A DNA stretch of 64,000 nt from an uncultured Verrucomicrobiae bacterium. Lineage in GTDB: Bacteria; Verrucomicrobiota; Verrucomicrobiia; Chthoniobacterales; JAFAMB01. Positions within the stretch are counted from its first letter, which is position 1. Each line of letters opens with the position of its first letter. The notes under the pieces were generated by a model. It was not told the origin of the DNA, did not search any database, and was given only the letters and a program-made list of their open reading frames with translations. The stretch lies in the NCBI GenBank assembly GCA_963837955.1, contig CAWIPH010000002.1:4064001-4128000 (forward strand), read 5' to 3'. Both the position numbers and the translations under genes were made by a program. This document shows positions 60,787 to 64,000 of the stretch, piece by piece.

Positions 60787-62007
60787 TCAGACTTCCTGCT
60801 TCCGTTTGGAAACCAATTCCTCGTACAGGCTCTTCGTCTGACCGGCAATAGCGCGCCAGCTAAATTTCTCGATCGCCCGCCGCCGTCCGGCCTTTCCGAA
60901 CTTCTGACGGAGCTGCGGATCCGCCATCAAAATATTGATTTTGTCGGCCAGATCACGAGCGAACCGATCCGGATCGAGCGGTTCAAACGGGCTCTCCGTC
61001 ATTTGCTGTAACGGGATCAAAAACCCGGTTTCACCATCGACAACGACTTCTTTGATTCCGCCGACCGCGCTGGCCACTACCGGTGTTTCGCACGCCATCG
61101 CTTCAAGATTAATGATCCCAAACGGTTCATAAATCGAAGGACAGCAAAAAACCGCCGCGTTCGCGTAGAATTGAAGCACGGCCCGTTTTGGAGCCATTTT
61201 GTCGATCCAGATAACTCCCGGTCTGGATCGCTGGGCATCTGCCACAGCTTGTTTCATCTCAGCCGCGATTTCGGGAGTATCCGGCGCACCGGCGCAGAGC
61301 ACGACCTGGAATCCAGGCGCAAAATAGCGAATGGCGCGCACCAAATGGATGATCCCTTTCTGACGCGCAATTCTCCCCACGAACAAAACATAAGGCTTTT
61401 CCGGATCGATACCGTACTCGATCAAGGCGTCCTTTTCTGCAGCGGGTCGATATTCCTCCGGGTCGATTCCATTATAGATGATCCGGACCCGTTTTTCGTC
61501 GACGTCGAAAAGTCGCAAGACATCGGCCTTGGTGCCCTCCGAAACAGCAATCACTGCGTCGGCCATCTCAATCGCTGTCTTTTCGATCCACCTACTGAAA
61601 TCGTAACCGTGGCCGAGCTGTTCTCGTTTCCATGGACGCAACGGCTCGAGAGAATGGATAGTGATGACTAGCGGGATCGCGTAGTTCAATTTGGCTAAAA
61701 CCCCTCCGAAATGGGTGTACCAAGTGTGACAATGAACGATATCGGCATCTATCCCAGCCGTATTGAAATCGGTACATCGCCTAACCGCACCGAACACCGA
61801 TGTGAGATTTTTCGGGCAGCCAAAGCTCGATGTATCCAATCCAAAGCCACGAACCCGTAGATGCGGCTCATCCACTTTTTGATCGCCGAACGCCCGGACA
61901 TCAACGTCCATGATTTGTGCGAGTTCGCGGCTAAGATAGTCGACATGCACACCGGCTCCTCCGTAAATGGAGGGTGGATACTCGTTGGTAAGCAGGAGCG
62001 TTTTCAT
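60787..62007 (-). CDS. glgA: GT4 glycogen synthase, actinobacterial GlgA/GlgM type
   Basis: TNEYPPSIYGGAGVHV, HCHTWY, HSLEPLRPWKREQLG, GAPDTPEI, YEPFGIINLEAMAC. Confidence 0.88.
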   Translation of the reverse strand: MKTLLLTNEYPPSIYGGAGVHVDYLSRELAQIMDVDVRAFGDQKVDEPHLRVRGFGLDTSSFGCPKNLTSVFGAVRRCTDFNTAGIDADIVHCHTWYTHFGGVLAKLNYAIPLVITIHSLEPLRPWKREQLGHGYDFSRWIEKTAIEMADAVIAVSEGTKADVLRLFDVDEKRVRIIYNGIDPEEYRPAAEKDALIEYGIDPEKPYVLFVGRIARQKGIIHLVRAIRYFAPGFQVVLCAGAPDTPEIAAEMKQAVADAQRSRPGVIWIDKMAPKRAVLQFYANAAVFCCPSIYEPFGIINLEAMACETPVVASAVGGIKEVVVDGETGFLIPLQQMTESPFEPLDPDRFARDLADKINILMADPQLRQKFGKAGRRRAIEKFSWRAIAGQTKSLYEELVSKRKQEV

Positions 62008-62119
62008 AACCTCTAGCGGACTATAAAAGATAATAAGAAGGATTGACTCTTCTTCCCCCTGATTGCCACGAGTCTCTTAAAGAAAATTCTGGTGCGTTTT
62101 CGTCAATAGATCAAAGAAC

Positions 62120-62512
62120 ACGCCAAACAACTTAACTCATTTTGCCATCCACGCGGTCAATATCGACCGTGCCCGCCGATTTTATGAAACCGTCTTCGAA
62201 TGGAAGTTTCAGCCTTGGGGCCCGCCCGACTTCTACCAGATCCGAACTGGAAGCGATCAGGAGCCTGGCGTTCAAGGCGCGCTTCAGCGGCGACGCGAAC
62301 TCGTGGCGGGGAAACCCATCTTTGGTTTCGAATGCACGATCTCTGTCGAAGATGTCGATGATATCGCACTCGCTGTCGAGAAAGCGGGCGGTAAGATCTT
62401 AATGGAAAAAGCAGTGATCCCAACCGTCGGAGAACTCATATTCTTCCAAGATCCCGAGGGTAATGTGGTAGGCGCAATCCGGTTCGATTCGGCGTATCGT
62501 CCTGCTCGCTAA
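62120..62512 (+). CDS. VOC/glyoxalase-family protein beginning at a non-canonical ACG (or start-lost pseudogene)
   Basis: (T)PNNLTHFAIHAVNIDRARRFYETVFEWKF...VEKAGGKI...FQDPEGN is intact in one frame; no ATG/GTG/TTG between the upstream TAA (62078) and 62303. Confidence 0.75.
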   Translation, partial: TPNNLTHFAIHAVNIDRARRFYETVFEWKFQPWGPPDFYQIRTGSDQEPGVQGALQRRRELVAGKPIFGFECTISVEDVDDIALAVEKAGGKILMEKAVIPTVGELIFFQDPEGNVVGAIRFDSAYRPAR

Positions 62513-62542
62513 TTCAGTCTCGCGCAGGCGTGGTGGGCAACA

Positions 62543-62666
62543 GGACTCATGGGTCGCATAGGACTCATGGGTCGCATAGGACTCATGGGTCGCATAGGAC
62601 TCATGGGTCGCATAGGACTCATAGGTCGCATAGGACTCGTGTCGCATGGGACTTATGGGTCGCATA
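62543..62666. repeat. 18-bp tandem repeat GGACTCATGGGTCGCATA, 7 units
   Basis: Four exact units (62543-62614) then three variants, one with a 2-nt deletion. Confidence 0.92.
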
Positions 62667-62685
62667 ATTCATCCCAATCAGCCCC

Positions 62686-63999
62686 TTACCGGAACATAAT
62701 TGGGATAATCAAGATAGCGACGATGTTCGCCACTTTAATCATCGGGTTAATCGCCGGTCCCGCCGTGTCCTTGTAAGGATCACCCACCGTATCGCCCGTC
62801 ACGGCTGCTTGATGAGCAGCGGAGCCTTTACCTCCGTGATTCCCCTCTTCGATGTATTTCTTCGCGTTGTCCCAGGCACCTCCTCCGGATGTCATTGAAA
62901 TAGCCACAAACAAACCAGTAACGATAGTTCCTACCAAAACTGCACCAAGAACCACGTATCCGAAAAACGCGGCGACAATTACAAACAGTACGGGCAGCAA
63001 CGCTGGAACAATCATTTCGCGCAAAGCAGCTTTCGTGACGATATCGACACAAGCACCATATTCCGGAACGTCCGTGCCTTTGAGAATGCCAGGTTTCGCC
63101 GCCAGTTGCCTACGTACTTCTTTGACCACCGCGCCCGCGGTCTTGCCCACCGCTTCCATGCTTAACGCGCTAAAGAGGAACGGAAGCAACCCGCCCAGAA
63201 ACAGACCAATGATGATCTGCGGCCGTTCGAGCGAGAATTCGGATGGTTCCAAGTCGTGCATGCCAGCCTGACCGAAGTGCGCGCGCAGCTCCGCGACGTA
63301 AGACCCGAAGAGAACGAGCGCGGCCAGTCCGGCTGAAGCGATAGCATACCCTTTGGTAACCGCCTTCATGGTATTACCCACGGCGTCGAGTTCATCAGTC
63401 ACCATCCGCACCTCCTTCGGCAACTCGCTCATTACCGCCACGCCACCGGCGTTGTCGGTAATGGGGCCAAACGCGTCGAGCGAAATGATGATCCCCGCCA
63501 TCGATAACATGCTGGTAACGGCGATGGCGATTCCGTACAGGCCGGCGAAGTGATAGCTGGCCAAGATAGCTAATGCGATAGAGACCACCGGTAAGGCCGT
63601 GGCGTGTTGCCCGATGGCCAGACCCGCTATGATGTTAGTCGCGTGACCTGTTTCAGAAGCACGGGCAATCTTCCGAACCGGGCTATACGCAGTTGAGGTA
63701 TAATAATTGGTGATTGCCACGATGACACCGGTCATTAACAAACCGACTAGCGCTGCCAGATAAATTTCCTGGGACGAATGAGTCTGATCACCAATTTGAA
63801 TCGTTTGGGGAAACATAAGCATCGTCACCGGCCAGTACAAAACCGCGGAGACCAGCGCACTCGCGACTACCGCTTCCACTAACACCCGCCCTGGATCAGT
63901 CTTTCGAAAATTCACATAGAGGATCCCGGCAATTGCCCCGATGACCGAAATTCCGCCTAACAGAAAAGGATAAACCACCGCCTCGGGTGTGTTCCGCAT
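62686..63999 (-). CDS. hppA: Membrane-integral ion-pumping pyrophosphatase, C-terminal part (5' end outside window)
   Basis: [52 protein letters not shown]. Confidence 0.95.
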   Translation of the reverse strand: MRNTPEAVVYPFLLGGISVIGAIAGILYVNFRKTDPGRVLVEAVVASALVSAVLYWPVTMLMFPQTIQIGDQTHSSQEIYLAALVGLLMTGVIVAITNYYTSTAYSPVRKIARASETGHATNIIAGLAIGQHATALPVVSIALAILASYHFAGLYGIAIAVTSMLSMAGIIISLDAFGPITDNAGGVAVMSELPKEVRMVTDELDAVGNTMKAVTKGYAIASAGLAALVLFGSYVAELRAHFGQAGMHDLEPSEFSLERPQIIIGLFLGGLLPFLFSALSMEAVGKTAGAVVKEVRRQLAAKPGILKGTDVPEYGACVDIVTKAALREMIVPALLPVLFVIVAAFFGYVVLGAVLVGTIVTGLFVAISMTSGGGAWDNAKKYIEEGNHGGKGSAAHQAAVTGDTVGDPYKDTAGPAINPMIKVANIVAILIIPIMFR

Positions 64000-64000
64000 A

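Noticed and set aside
62543..62666. Possible CRISPR array
   Set aside because: Units are head-to-tail with no unique spacers, only 18 bp long, and there are no cas genes in the window
62399..62776. Repetitive ORFs (MGRIGL)n and (HESYAT)n
   Set aside because: They are translations of the 18-bp DNA repeat and overlap real genes
1..64000. tRNA, rRNA, toxin-antitoxin or anti-phage defence loci
   Set aside because: None recognisable; the NYN protein is the housekeeping YacP/Rae1 type

Overview
A 64-kb, mostly core-genome window from a bacterium that is very probably a verrucomicrobium. The lexA promoter carries the Verrucomicrobia-type SOS box TGTTC-N4-GAACA, and gene content and repeat style fit soil Spartobacteria (inference). 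Housekeeping genes include hemW, yggS, a LysR regulator, the opgG-ORF-opgH glucan locus, lexA, xerC, pepF, ilvN-ilvC, secG-oppA, astD, a sugar ABC transporter, lpxL, ispH, purSQLFM, obgE, glgA/glgM and a partial hppA, plus several peptidoglycan enzymes. Accessory material: a REP-associated tyrosine transposase (RAYT) between 56-bp inverted repeats, two REPIN-like hairpin elements, other REP pairs, 7-bp and 18-bp tandem repeats, and a decaying ~4.4-kb island (TetR, NmrA, DoxX, a haloalkane dehalogenase remnant, a serine hydrolase) next to a truncated FGGY kinase. The best candidate for new biology is the hypothetical ORF between opgG and opgH. It looks like a free-standing, membrane-anchored version of the OpgH N-terminal domain (the FtsZ-inhibiting part in E. 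coli), while the adjacent OpgH lacks that domain. Also notable: a UgtP/MGDG-synthase-PHP fusion, an unannotated NlpC/P60-like enzyme, two apparent pseudoenzymes and a VOC gene starting with ACG. No rRNA, tRNA or CRISPR array was seen. All family calls come from recognising motifs by eye, not from database searches.
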